From positions 21,102,534 to 21,166,533 of the forward strand of contig CM120644.1 in assembly GCA_051362555.1 (NCBI GenBank): a DNA stretch of 64,000 nt. Direction: 5' to 3'. The notes below the pieces were generated by a model. That model had not been told where the DNA came from. It worked only from the letters and a program-made list of their open reading frames with translations, and ran no database searches. How positions within the stretch are numbered: the first letter of the stretch is position 1; every line of letters begins with the position of its first letter. This DNA is from Lingula anatina (lineage: Eukaryota > Animalia > Brachiopoda). Shown in pieces: positions 1 through 10,976 of this stretch. The position numbers were made by a program, and so were the translations under genes.

Positions 1-1001
1 ATACTGTAAATATACTCTGCGTCCAACTTAAAAAATTTTTTACCTTGATGGGTTCCCATACCTAGCTCGTTCTAATAAGCTCGATCCATCTCCAAGAGGT
101 TATTCGCTAAATTGCTTTCAGCTTAAGCGGCTTAGATGTCTCGCACGCCTACTGAAGCTGCTAAATAATAATTCTAATTAAAATTACCCCCTTTGCAGCT
201 TCAGCACACTCAAACATTGGGCACTGAATACTTTAAATAAATGAGTAACTTTTAGTGTGTTTTTAATTAAACAGACATTAAAAATAAATTAGAAACATCT
301 ACAAGGTGTTATGTAACTATTATCACTTTTACTGTAAACGGTTTCTACGGCAAGACGCCCAGTTTTATCTAATACGTTGTTCCCAAAAATGCATTGCGTT
401 ATTCTCAAAATCAGGCATTCACAAAAACCAATCCAGGGGCTTTTTTCACTAAATGTGAGGATATACCATTGGCGGCAAGCGTTGAATTAAATCTACCACC
501 CAAAATGCAACCAATCTGCAAGATGTTAATTCAAAACTGAACAAACGGTCTGAGTTATTTCTTCCATTGTTGGGGATAATATTTCATGCAATATATAGAA
601 AATTGCTATTTACGCTTTCATTCCTCGTCCGAAGTAGTTGCTGCATATAAAAAGTGTGTCTTGATTTTAGTTGTTAATATCTTAATTAAGATGTTTTTGT
701 ATAGAATACATGCGTGTATATCAGATACTCACGGTTTGATTTCGTCAACGGGTTACAATAGAAAAGTGCATGTCTATATATTTGTTGGACCTATTTCAGT
801 GTTAACATGGCAGGAAGAATTTAGCATTATTTTCAATAAGGCTGCGACACAATGAATATGTATCTCACTAAATCCACGAGGACTTTGGCTGAATGCAATC
901 AGATTAACAAATTAAAACACTTCCGCCTGGAACTGAGTAGAATGCAGAAAAGATGGCCAATATACGAGTACGTTGAAAACATATGCTTCGTAAACAAGGC
1001 A

Positions 1002-1016
1002 TGTGTGTGAGAGAGG

Positions 1017-1049
<33 letters not shown>
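1002..1049. repeat. (TG)n/(GA)n microsatellite
   Basis: Direct dinucleotide run. It explains the spurious RERERE/SLSLSL ORFs. Confidence 0.95.
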
Positions 1050-1051
<2 letters not shown>

Positions 1052-1446
1052 TTTTACGGCTATTCAGTACAATCGCCGATTGTCGAAAGACAGTTGCTGA
1101 TACATTTGTATTCCTCAGGTAGTATAAATTCAAAACAGATGATGATATCCATAATGCCATCGTTGTTAAAAACGACTTTGTACAGTTTTTTTCTTATCAA
1201 AGAAATAAAGGCCTGTCATTCATTTAAATTAAAATACTCAGCTAGTCAAAGTGGAAATTTTGTAAAGAATACATCTATCCAGAAGAATAAATCAAAGCCA
1301 TACATGTTATATATATCTTTTAAAGCTATCAAAATATATTTCTGAGTCGTAACCTATTTCACCACAAATCTCTAATGCAACGTCTTTATTCACCGTTACA
1401 AACCAAGAAGATACAAATGCAAAATTTTACAGGAAGAAATACTTAC

Positions 1447-1496
1447 GTGGAAGCTGCCAGACCTACAACACATAAAAGCAATGCAATCTTCAACAT
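1447..1496 (-). CDS. First coding exon of a secreted protein (signal peptide); remaining exons not identified, probably beyond the left edge
   Basis: Minus strand reads gccaagATG, encodes MLKIALLLCVVGLAAS-T, and ends at a perfect AC|GTAAGT donor (1446-1441). The peptide has a basic residue, hydrophobic core and small-residue cleavage site. A TATA box lies ~85 bp upstream. Confidence 0.75.
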
Positions 1497-1576
1497 CTTG
1501 GCGTCTTTGTCTTGACTAGAGTTCTCCAGTCTTTTCTGATCCTATGAAGTGTGTGTCAGACGGTTTTCAGTCCCCG

Positions 1577-1583
1577 TTTTATA
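1577..1583 (-). promoter_or_regulatory. TATA box (TATAAAA) of the signal-peptide gene
   Basis: Minus-strand cctTATAAAAcgggg upstream of the ATG at 1496; implies a TSS near 1550. Confidence 0.65.
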
Positions 1584-2645
1584 GGAAGGTTCTTAAAGCA
1601 TTCCCTCCTTTACGTCATTTTATAGCTGTTCCAACTTGTTTATTTTGCTGAGGGATTGTGTAACATGCATAAAGATGTATTACTTAAGACACCTAAGGGG
1701 TTTGTTTTTTAGCATCCGCAGCTACATAAAATGTAAAATGTAGTAGGCCGGATTTTTATCTAGACAAGTAATCAAAAAGCGATTACTAAGAGATCGTAAT
1801 GTTTGTTGTGACTTTCATCCAGAGACCTCTGTTGGCCTTGTGGTCATAGATATCTACCTCCATTGACTCCTGAGGCGGTACTGACTTCTTTTACATGACA
1901 GACATCTCAGCATTTGGTCAACATTGATGTTTTAGTCTCTTTGTTACATTACATAACATAAATGTACCTCAAACGAAACTTTGTGTTGAAGTTCAGTGGA
2001 AATGTTTTGTTGATAAAAAAACAAGCGGAAAATCTAACAGAAACGACAATAAATAAATTAATTGATTAATAAAAATAGATCAACAAGTGAAATTTCGAGA
2101 CCTGTAGGGCAAAGAAAAACATTATATTGACACTGTATCCTGAGTTTTGAAATCCATAGGCATTGCTGATCACAAGTTTTATTGGGGATATGTTTACACC
2201 GTTCTTACAAAAATCCCCATTTTCATCCTTTAAAACTGTTTTCAGATTGCATGTGCTGAATAAGTGCCATATAAGATAACAGCTTAATCGTTCACATGTA
2301 AAGGTTTGTAATGTTAAAATTTGCAATATTTTTTATAGGAGGTGACACTGGGCCCTTAGGCAGTTAATAGAATAACAATGAACACAAGGCAAACGACATC
2401 AAACGGACTTATATTGAAGTCGATCTTTGGGGTACTTTGTGTCCTGTAGCAGTAAGAGTGACTTCCTGACTTCCTTTACTTTATAGTTGTCCAGGAATTC
2501 AGTCTATGTTGTGATTTTAATGTCAATTTAATTATGTATCCATTATACAGATGTGTTTCAGTCCTTTGTTATTTATGTTCTTGCTTAACCGCAAACAATG
2601 GTCCAAAGTCCAAATAAGTATAAACCTAAGGTCCAATTCATTAAC

Positions 2646-2775
2646 ACCCCCCACGCACACACGCATACACGAACATCCTCAAACACATACACCCACACAC
2701 ATAAACATACGCACAAACATACATGTACACACATACATACACAACATACACTAATTCCACCCACACATATACACA
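2646..2775. repeat. Degenerate (CA)n-rich low-complexity tract
   Basis: Runs of acac/acat; source of THTH/VCVC ORFs. Confidence 0.85.
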
Positions 2776-3335
2776 TTTTTGTCAACCTGGACACAGGAGG
2801 AGGGTTAAGAAGACATGTCCTCCTCTATGAAAATGTCTACATGCTGTGTGCATACTTTAAACACTGATCAGTCAGCCGATGTCTCTTTTGGGGAACATTT
2901 TGGTCATTGTCCCTCCCACGCCCCTGAACCTACCCTGAGTGTCAGGGCACAGTAAAGCTAGCTTGTTAACTATTCATACCTTGTCATGGGATCGCTTTAC
3001 TGGTTTTGCTGATATGGGTTATATATGAAATCAAGATCGAGATGGCAAAACTGAAATCTAGAACCTAGGGTACCTGAACCCTTCCCAGCCACTTTTATTA
3101 TAGTGAAAATGTTTTATCTACTTGCACGTAGTGTGACGTTTTGTTACATATTGGTCCTCTTTCTTGTTATCTATTACCTCCCGTGATATAAAGGGCAATC
3201 TATACGCTACTTCCTAACTTGCAATTTGGTTACTAGATACATACTGGTGCATTTGGCAGTGATAAAAGAGATGAGGGAAGCCGGTGTGTTAGTTGCGACT
3301 CAATTGCCTTCCTCATAACGTCCTTCCTCATAAGA

Positions 3336-4739
3336 GCCAGGCTCTTCACAAAGTGCTTACATTCCTGTAGCATGGAAGAACGCCAACATGATCATAATGT
3401 TCAAAAAGGGCAATAGGAACGACATCAAGAATTACAGACCCATCTGCCTACTTTCTAATTTGTACAAGATTTACACCAAGATATTGACCGAAAGGCTAAC
3501 AAGACAACTAGATGAAGCGCAGCCAAAGGAACAAGCAGGTTTCAGAGGCCAGTACACCACTACTGATCATATGCACACTGTCAACCAGCTCAAAGAGAAA
3601 TGTCTCGAGTATAACATTCCACTATGTGTAGCATTCGTTGATTATGAAAAAGCCTTCGACTCAGTAGAAACCCAGTATATACTTGCATCCCTGCAAGATC
3701 TAGGGATCGAAGATGGATACGTAGACGTCCTCAGAGACATATACACCGATAGCTCTGTAACAGTCAAACTACACAAGACCACCAATAAGATCAGGATCAA
3801 GAAAGGTGTACGCCAAGGAGATACAATCTCTCCTAAACTGTTCACAGCAGCATTGGAACGTATATTCAGGGATCTAGACTGGCAGGACAAGGGCATAAAC
3901 ATAGACGGTACCAGGCTCAATCACCTTAGGTTTGCAGACGACATCATAATAGTAGCAGATGATGCAAAAGACCTCGAAGAAATGCTACAGGCGTTAGCAG
4001 ATGAAAGCGCAAAAAGTGGGCTAAAGATGAACACCAGCAAGACAAAGGTGATGTTTGGACCACTAACCATCCCTTGCACAGTGAAGGTCAACACCAAAGA
4101 GATAGAAGCAGTAGAAGAGTATATATACCTTGGGCAACGGTTCAGCCTTAGTGATCGAACACTGGAGAAAGAAATCCAACGAAGGATAAAAGCAGGATGG
4201 GCAGCATATGGGAAACACAATGACATCTTCAAGAGCCACCTTCCTACCTGCCTGAAAAAGAAAGTGTTCAATGCTTGTGTGCTGCCGGCAATCACCTATG
4301 GTTCAGAGACCTGGGCACTGAATGCCTCCATGGAACACAAGCTTCAAGTAGCTCAGAGAAAGATGGAAAGAATTATGTTGAACATCAATCCAAGAGAGCG
4401 GAAAACGAATGCATGGTTACGTGAACAGACCAAAGTTAAGGACGTACTGCTCACAGTTAAAGAAATGAAATGGAGGTGGGCAGGACATGTCAAAAGAATG
4501 AAGGACAATAGGTGGACAATCAGGCTTACAGAATGGACCCCAAGGTATGGACAAAGAAAAAGAGGAAGGCCGGTCAAACGATGGAGGGATGAATTAGATG
4601 ACTACTGGAAGTCTTGGAAGAAGAAACCTTGGCCAAACTGGAAATCTGAGGCTCAGGATAGGAAACAATGGAAAAAGCATGCTGAGGCCTTTGTCCAACA
4701 GTGGAACACTATAGGCTCTAAATGATGATGATGATGATG
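3336..4739 (+). mobile_element. 5'-truncated RTE-clade non-LTR retrotransposon (LINE)
   Basis: RT ORF, (ATG)n microsatellite tail at 4722-4739, and an 8-bp target-site duplication ATAACGTC at 3315-3322 and 4740-4747. Upstream residues ARLFTKCL..IPVAWKNA belong to the same RT linker. Confidence 0.92.
3388..4725 (+). CDS. RTE-type reverse transcriptase (C-terminal part of ORF2; endonuclease domain lost)
   Basis: 445-aa open frame with NYRPICLL, EQAGFR, FVDYEKAFDS, GVRQGDTISP, LRFADD, YIYLG, and the RTE C-terminal motifs WRWAGHV and RKRGRPVKRW. Confidence 0.93.
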   Translation: MIIMFKKGNRNDIKNYRPICLLSNLYKIYTKILTERLTRQLDEAQPKEQAGFRGQYTTTDHMHTVNQLKEKCLEYNIPLCVAFVDYEKAFDSVETQYILASLQDLGIEDGYVDVLRDIYTDSSVTVKLHKTTNKIRIKKGVRQGDTISPKLFTAALERIFRDLDWQDKGINIDGTRLNHLRFADDIIIVADDAKDLEEMLQALADESAKSGLKMNTSKTKVMFGPLTIPCTVKVNTKEIEAVEEYIYLGQRFSLSDRTLEKEIQRRIKAGWAAYGKHNDIFKSHLPTCLKKKVFNACVLPAITYGSETWALNASMEHKLQVAQRKMERIMLNINPRERKTNAWLREQTKVKDVLLTVKEMKWRWAGHVKRMKDNRWTIRLTEWTPRYGQRKRGRPVKRWRDELDDYWKSWKKKPWPNWKSEAQDRKQWKKHAEAFVQQWNTIGSK

Positions 4740-5483
4740 ATAACGTCTCGGGGTCAATTTTGGATAAGAGATGACACTTTTTTAGTCTTGTTCAGTAGAG
4801 AGTTGCTGTACAAATGTGACATTAAGTATACATTAAGAACAAATATCAACGTCTGTGCGAGATGTAAAATCGTAACATTGAAATGCTTGGCGCAACTCGT
4901 GCAGTACCCATATTGGACACTTACATTTTCATGGTTGTGTTTTAACAGGAAGCATGTGAAATTCGCCAAACAATTTTACTTCAGCATAAATTTCATACTA
5001 AAACGGTGATTCTAACCACCAATGAAAAATCACAAATTTACTATGAGGGAGTTACCCACCCCCCTCCCCCAATATTTTTTTCTGAGAGGTTTATTGGAGT
5101 TTGATCAGGAGTAATACTCATGGCATCGATCGGATCTCATCCAATTTGGTTCAGAATTTTTGTAGAACCAATAGGGCGTTAGCGAAATACTACCCACAGA
5201 TTGTTTATTAATGGCTGCTGTTGCTGCCCAGACCCTTGGCCCGCAGGTATTTTGTACGAACAAATGAATAAGCTAATCATAGTAAAAAATAAAAGCCACA
5301 TTTTATTATTTTGTATAGTATCTTGCGGATTGGAGGGCGCGTCTGTCACGTGTGTGCATGGAGTCAAAAAGTTCTGTAAGTTGTCGTTTCCTATTGTTTT
5401 TTTCCAGGCTGTTGAAGGGAAAGAAGGAAAAGAATGTGATCTATGATTCACTTTTCCAAATTAGATATTAGTATAAAGTAATA

Positions 5484-5552
5484 GTATTGACCGAAAATCG
5501 AACCGGGTTGCCCGCGTAGCAGGTGAACATTATATCACAGAACCACCGATGT
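5484..5552 (-). pseudogene. Degenerate tRNA-Gly(GCC) copy
   Basis: Reverse complement ACATCGGTGGTTCTGTGATATAATGTTCACCTGCTACGCGGGCAACCCGGTTCGATTTTCGGTCAATAC aligns by eye with metazoan tRNA-Gly-GCC (GCATCGGTGGTTCAGTGGTAGAATGCTCGCCTGCCACGCGGG...). Many transitions; anticodon changed to GCT. Confidence 0.75.
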
Positions 5553-7058
5553 TTATCCACATCATGTACTTGCCAAAATGGGCCCCGCCCCCTCCAATAC
5601 CCAATAAAACCATCTGTGAGATTCGTCACTTTTTCTGCAAAATAGTGCGGGTATGTTCCCTATTTCGAACGAGTTTCCGAGATGCATGTCATTACAAGTG
5701 ATGATCTACATCTTCATATATTAACATAGTGTGATTTTCATAATTAGAGATATCTTCTGCATTGATGGTTATACCTCCGTAATAATCTCTTCTTGTAGTA
5801 TCACAAAAAGAAAAAACTATGGATAAACTTTGCATGTTGGAATGGATTCATTGACCAATGGCTAGTATGGGGAAATCGTTTACTCCAGGAAAATCCGTGT
5901 TTTATTTGGTCAAACAGTTGTTATTCCTTTAGTTGTTATCCCTTTTTACTGACACAGAGTAGCTTCATGTATTCTATTGAAGGGACATATGCTAGATTAG
6001 GGATGTCCACATTAAATGACCGGTTCGAAAATAAGTTTTAGACCACTAGCTATAGATTATGTAATTAATAAAAAAGTGAAAAATAACAATAACAAGAAAA
6101 TCCAAATTCAGCGAAGATTGCATTTTCCACAAAATGAAATGAATCACCAGTTTATTTTATTTTGACTGAAAGCGTACTCATTTTTCCCGTTTCTACATAT
6201 AAAATTTGAGACTGATATTCCTTACTTCAAAACGTATAAGCGAGAGGCACGCCCCCCCCCCTCCCAAGTCTGGCATTTAATAAGTGGCCTAATCATGAAA
6301 ATATTAATTTCTATACTCTCGCGGCAAATTTACCATATTGTTGGTCTTTGGGCGATCATATTTCTCTGTACATTGCACTGAGAACAAGACTATTTGCCCT
6401 GTCTATTAAGAGGTATACGCATTTCTATTTGTCATATGAAGTCACACTTGTATTAGTCCAATAAATGCCGTAATGATGCACTTCAAATATCGCAAATAAC
6501 AATTCTGGATGATCAAGTCACACATTTATCTTTAGCAAAAACTAGCTGAAAACGTGTTTGATTTTAATGGGACAAGAAATTTCCCATTCCTTGTACATTT
6601 ACTTTGTATATATTTTGTAAGGGCAGAGACTTCTGATCATAGTTTGAGTGATATTGTCACTTTCCTTTTTTTCCTAATTGTGTTTGTGTTAAGGCTCAAT
6701 ATCAAACTATATAACCAGATTTGTATATATTTTTTTACTGAACTGGTACAAGCTGTTTACCCCTTAAGAATTGTTTTATCAATACAGTTGTTACTTTCAT
6801 TTGTTCATTAGCGTGAACTTTTGAAGCTGAGAGGCCAAAACTGGTAACAGAATTAACACTTAAACTCACTATCAAGTGGCAAAATATTGTAAGTTATGGA
6901 GACTTTCCATAAACCTTGGAAAAACAGTCATTTTAACAGTAAAGAAAAATGTGATACCACTGTTATGACAATTTTATTTATGCAATTCAGTTTTTAGGTA
7001 AAATAAGTATTTCAGATGCACTGGGACAAATATTTCAGCTGATTCCAATGGGTTCTTA

Positions 7059-7233
7059 GAGTGCATTCAGATTTACACATTGTACCAGCTGGGTCGGTCC
7101 AACTCTGGGGGGGGGGGATTCTCCCAACAGTGCATTTAGTGGAATCAGCTTAATCAGCGCATGATAGTTAGTGAGATTCCCCTGCAGAGTTGGACCAACC
7201 CAGCTAGTACAGTGTGTGAATCTGAATGCAATC
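7059..7233. mobile_element. PIF/Harbinger-like MITE
   Basis: ~50-bp terminal inverted repeats (GAGTGCATTCAGATTTACACATTGTACCAGCTGGG / CCCAGCTAGTACAGTGTGTGAATCTGAATGCAATC) flanked by TTA on both sides (7056-7058, 7234-7236). Confidence 0.85.
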
Positions 7234-7900
7234 TTAACCTGTTTCTGTAAATAACTTTGAGAAGAAAAAATTTTTTTAATTATTATGAAATCCAAAGAGC
7301 CAATCAATCCTGGATGTTTTGTCCTCAGATATAAGTTTCAGTGCCTCCAGGATTGGTTCAAGGCCCCTGAGTGGCGCGAAAGCAGAGCTTAAGCCCTACA
7401 CTATGGACAGGTGTCCCTTTGGTGTGTACATGTAGTCTGCCATCTCTCTATGCAGGTCTGGCAAATCAATATTGACTGACAGCAGCTGCTGAAGACAGCA
7501 GACCTGAGAATGCCTGGATTAAGTCAAACAAGCAACACTTAAGTCAACAATATTATTGGAAAAGCTAAGTTGCTGTTACACAAAAAATGAAAAGAACTTT
7601 AAACCAAAACTTGATCCTAATCTGAATCAACTTCACTCAACAGCTTTGCTCTGTAGTTCCTCTGTAAAACCAGGGAATTATATCAGTCTACAATATAATT
7701 CCCTAGTAAAACAGACTGCCCACTAAAAAATAATCAATTGACTTAATGCCTTTTTTTCTTCACTTATTTGTGTTAAAACAGAGATATATTAATTGCAAAG
7801 TGTGTTATTATGAATATTTGATTGTGTTGCCGTAATATAACCTTACCCATGCACATGCTACAGCTGAAAATGTCCCTAAAGTTGTCAATTTTGTGTTGGA

Positions 7901-7935
7901 CAGTGGCGGATTTAGAGGGGGGGTCAGGGGGGTCC
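7901..7935. mobile_element. Isolated terminus of the hAT-like MITE family seen at 37729 and 40429
   Basis: CAGTGGCGGATTTAGAGGGGGG is the reverse complement of the CCCCCTCTAAATCCGCCACTG end at 40700-40720. Confidence 0.75.
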
Positions 7936-7953
7936 ATCCACAGACAGGTAGAG

Positions 7954-8145
7954 TATGGTAAGGGTACCCTGGAAAAAGAACAATATAACTGAGAAAACTG
8001 AAAATTATATTGAAGAGCCTGGCAAATTCCATGACTTAGAATAGTTAAACATTAATCATTTTGTCAATTCTAGTCCAATGTTTCAAAAATTTGTACAAAT
8101 TAAGCTATATAACTTTAATTATCTGAGAAAAGCTGATCAGTTAAA
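7954..8145 (+). repeat. Single diverged copy of the satellite unit that is amplified at 41.7-51.9 kb
   Basis: ATGGTAAGGGTACCCTGGAAAAAGAACAATATAACTG...CTGAAAATTA..TGGCAAATTCCATGACTTA..ATAGTTAAAC..TTTGTACAAAT..AGCTGATCAGTT matches 41814-42003. Confidence 0.85.
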
Positions 8146-8220
8146 TAAATATATGGTTATGAGCAAGGCTTTTCCCAGCGAATCGCCCAGCCGTCATTGG
8201 TAAAAAAATACATAGCTAGG

Positions 8221-10371
8221 TGCCATAGATGTCAAATGCAAAATCCAAAAGCTAAGAACACCACCCCTCCTCTCCACCCAGTACCAGTGTCTTATTGTAA
8301 GCCATGGAGCCAGGTAGTTACCCCTTTTTAATAATTACACATTAAAATTATATTTAAAAAAATGCTTAATAACGATTATAAAATGGTTATCCATCAATTA
8401 TTATATATGACAGGCCAAAATTTAACACACCCACAATGCCTTTTTCCTTTAACACAGATATTACTTTATATTTATGTTATTGTCAGATTGGAATTGACCT
8501 TGAGGCAATGGAGGAATCGTACAATGGAAACAAGTACTTCTGTTCAGTGTTGCGCTACTTGACAAAACATGCTTCGGCAAAAACCTTTTAAGAGCAAATG
8601 TGCCACTGAAGTGGCTTCATACCTCCTTGAACTCATGATGATGTCATTGTTTTATTCTATAGTGCCAAAACTTATTCATTTTGCCTATGAATCATTATCT
8701 ATGTATCTCGTCATTATTAAATAACATATTTTAGTGAGATAATATATTAAAGTAATGTTATCTAATATTTTATTTCATAATGCTATTAATTATCTGATTT
8801 AGATAAGGATTCCTGAGTGTGATCATTTCTGACCAGGGGCGGGAATTCAACAACCACCTCATTGATGAGATTTATAAAACAACTAAAACAAGAAGACAAG
8901 TAACCTCCCCATATCACCCACAGTCAAACGGCTTAACTGGTGAGTTGATCTGCCTCATTCCAACTAAATCAATGATCTTTTCATTATTTAATCAATTTTG
9001 AAATTTCCCTATAAGTGCCAGTTCGAATTTTAACGCAAACACATAGTAAATGTAACATAATTTTTTTTCGAAATCGCTTTTTTATAAACACCTTTACAGT
9101 GTTTTTTTTTTACTTTATAAAGTTTACACCTTATAGTACCTCACATTCTTATACTGATTTCTATCGGCATTGATGATGCTCTTTGTCTTTATTGCTCTTC
9201 AAACACAGAGAGATTCAACCAGACCATTCAAAATAGTATGGCATAGTCATACGACGACCCAAAAAAGTGTGACGAGACCCTAGCAGGCTGTGTATTTGCC
9301 TACAACACAGCAATACAAGATTCCACCAAGATGAGTCCCTATTTCTTGATGTTTGGAGTGTATGTATTTTAATCACAGCAAATTGAAATATACTGTTATA
9401 AATCAATAAAAGAACAATTTAGATATTCACTTTTATTATAAGTTGCAGTTGTAAACAATCATATAGTTTTATTTCTATGTACATTGACTGATAGATTAAC
9501 ACTGTGTTTTTTTTCATTGTACACAGTGCTGACAATATGACAGATCTAATGCCAACAACATTTTGAATAATAACAACTGCCAATACACTTCATTTCAGGG
9601 AGCCAAGTCTTCAAACTGATGAAGAAGTTGGTGATATTGTGGAAGATGTGCATTCCAGGGTAGAAACCGTAAACCGCCTCCTCAATATAGTCAGACATGC
9701 AGCACAGAAGAACATCCGTACTGCCCAAGAAAGGCAAAAAAAAAAAAAATTACGACTTGAGACACCAGAGTGAGGTAGGAATTAATTTCTTGCTAATGAT
9801 ACACTAAGGAATTAAAACTTAAGTATTGTATTACTTTCACAGAAAATCTATATCTTTATCAAATACACTGATATTGTGTAATTTTCTTTATAGTACGTAG
9901 TTTCACTGGTGTGTGGCATAGATTTGTTTTAACCATCGATAATACATACAATTTTTTATATTTTTCATGAAGGACTTTCAGATTGGAAGTAAAGTGTTTA
10001 AGAAAAACCTTAGAAGGGAAGATAGAAAGGGGGGCAAAGCTGCCCCAAGGTACATGGGGCCATACATAATAGTGGTGAAGAAGCCAAACGGCACGTATGT
10101 TCTGGAAAATTTACACTGGAAAAAGTTTAAGAGGGCTGTGGGTGCTGGTCAACTAAAGCAGTACAGAGAAAATAGGTGATTTTTCTTTTAAATTATTTTA
10201 CAAAATGTAAATAGCAACTTTTATCTAATCCTTCTATAAAAACAATGTTAGCTATTGAAACATCAACTTTATATTTATTGTCATTGCGTTTTCATGATCA
10301 ATTTGGACGGCATTTACAGCACGTTGATTTTTCTGTATTTCAGAGCTGAAGGCGAAGCTGAAACCAGGTAA
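8221..10371 (+). pseudogene. Intron-containing Gypsy-integrase-like (Ginger1) transposase, decayed
   Basis: Spliced exons: ~8221-8313 (CHRCQ..PPLHPVPV..KPWSQ), 8487-~8642 (IGIDL, first D), 8803-8939 (IISDQGREF..SPYHPQSNGLT), 9209-~9359 (E-RFNQT..FAYNT..SPYFLMFG), 9527-9774 (AQKNIRTAQERQKK.YD), 9973-10175 (GPY/F module, RYMGPY), 10344-10371. D-35-E spacing is intact. In-frame stops and frameshifts are present. Confidence 0.9.
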
Positions 10372-10773
10372 AGAATGACACAATTCAGTATTTTGTACAA
10401 CAAAGAAGACTTTAAACAATAAACACCCAGTTAAAACAGGCTTTCTGTATTCTTGTCTTTTTTTAATTCAATAAATTTTATATTTTTATTGATAATTGGT
10501 CACTATTAAATTGCACCAATAGAACTTCAGTGAAACGTATAAAGCGTATAGATTGCAAAAAAAAAAGGAATATTATGGGTACGAATGAAACTCCATTTTC
10601 TTTTGCCTAAAGTGCAACAGTATGGGGGACCCTGCGATTCAAAGCGGACTGTTCCTTTTAAATCTGAAAGTCTGCGGATTGTACGTTTTAATATAAGAAG
10701 TCCCCCGGACTTTCAGATTTAAAACTTAGGGTCCGCCGGATTCTGAAAGGGCTAAACTCTACGGCACACTACA
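8221..10773 (+). mobile_element. Ginger1 DNA transposon relic (right end intact, left end not identified)
   Basis: Integrase without RT or LTRs but with introns. The right end ...CACACTACA at 10773 is followed directly by CCGG, matching the TGT...ACA termini and CCGG target preference described for Ginger1. A subterminal inverted pair TTTAAATCTGAAAGTC / GACTTTCAGATTTAAA lies at 10657-10723. Confidence 0.85.
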
Positions 10774-10976
10774 CCGGCGATCGTTCTCGGTCTAAGCGAA
10801 ATGAGAAGGCAATTTTCATTCTCATTCAAAGGAGTTCGTTCGCAAAAGAGCGTCAGTGGAAGATTGTTCTTGATTGTTTTTAACCCTCTATCCCCATTGA
10901 AATTTATAATTTTTTAAATATTTTTTCATTTTATTTTTACCCATGCCTCCCCCCTTCCCGATTACGCCCCTGCCAT

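Noticed and set aside
3281-3300. CCGG|TGT at 3281-3287 as the left end of the Ginger1 element
   Set aside because: Beyond TGT the sequence (TGTGTTAGTTGCG) does not match the reverse complement of the right end (TGTAGTGTGCCG). It could be chance or another family; left unassigned.
3642-4577. Minus-strand ORFs over the LINE, and ORF 11385-11903 opposite the UGT
   Set aside because: Antisense shadows of real coding frames.
7901-10972. One composite hAT element bracketing the Ginger1 relic
   Set aside because: The two termini belong to different families, and the flanks (TTGGA / CCATT) show no TSD.
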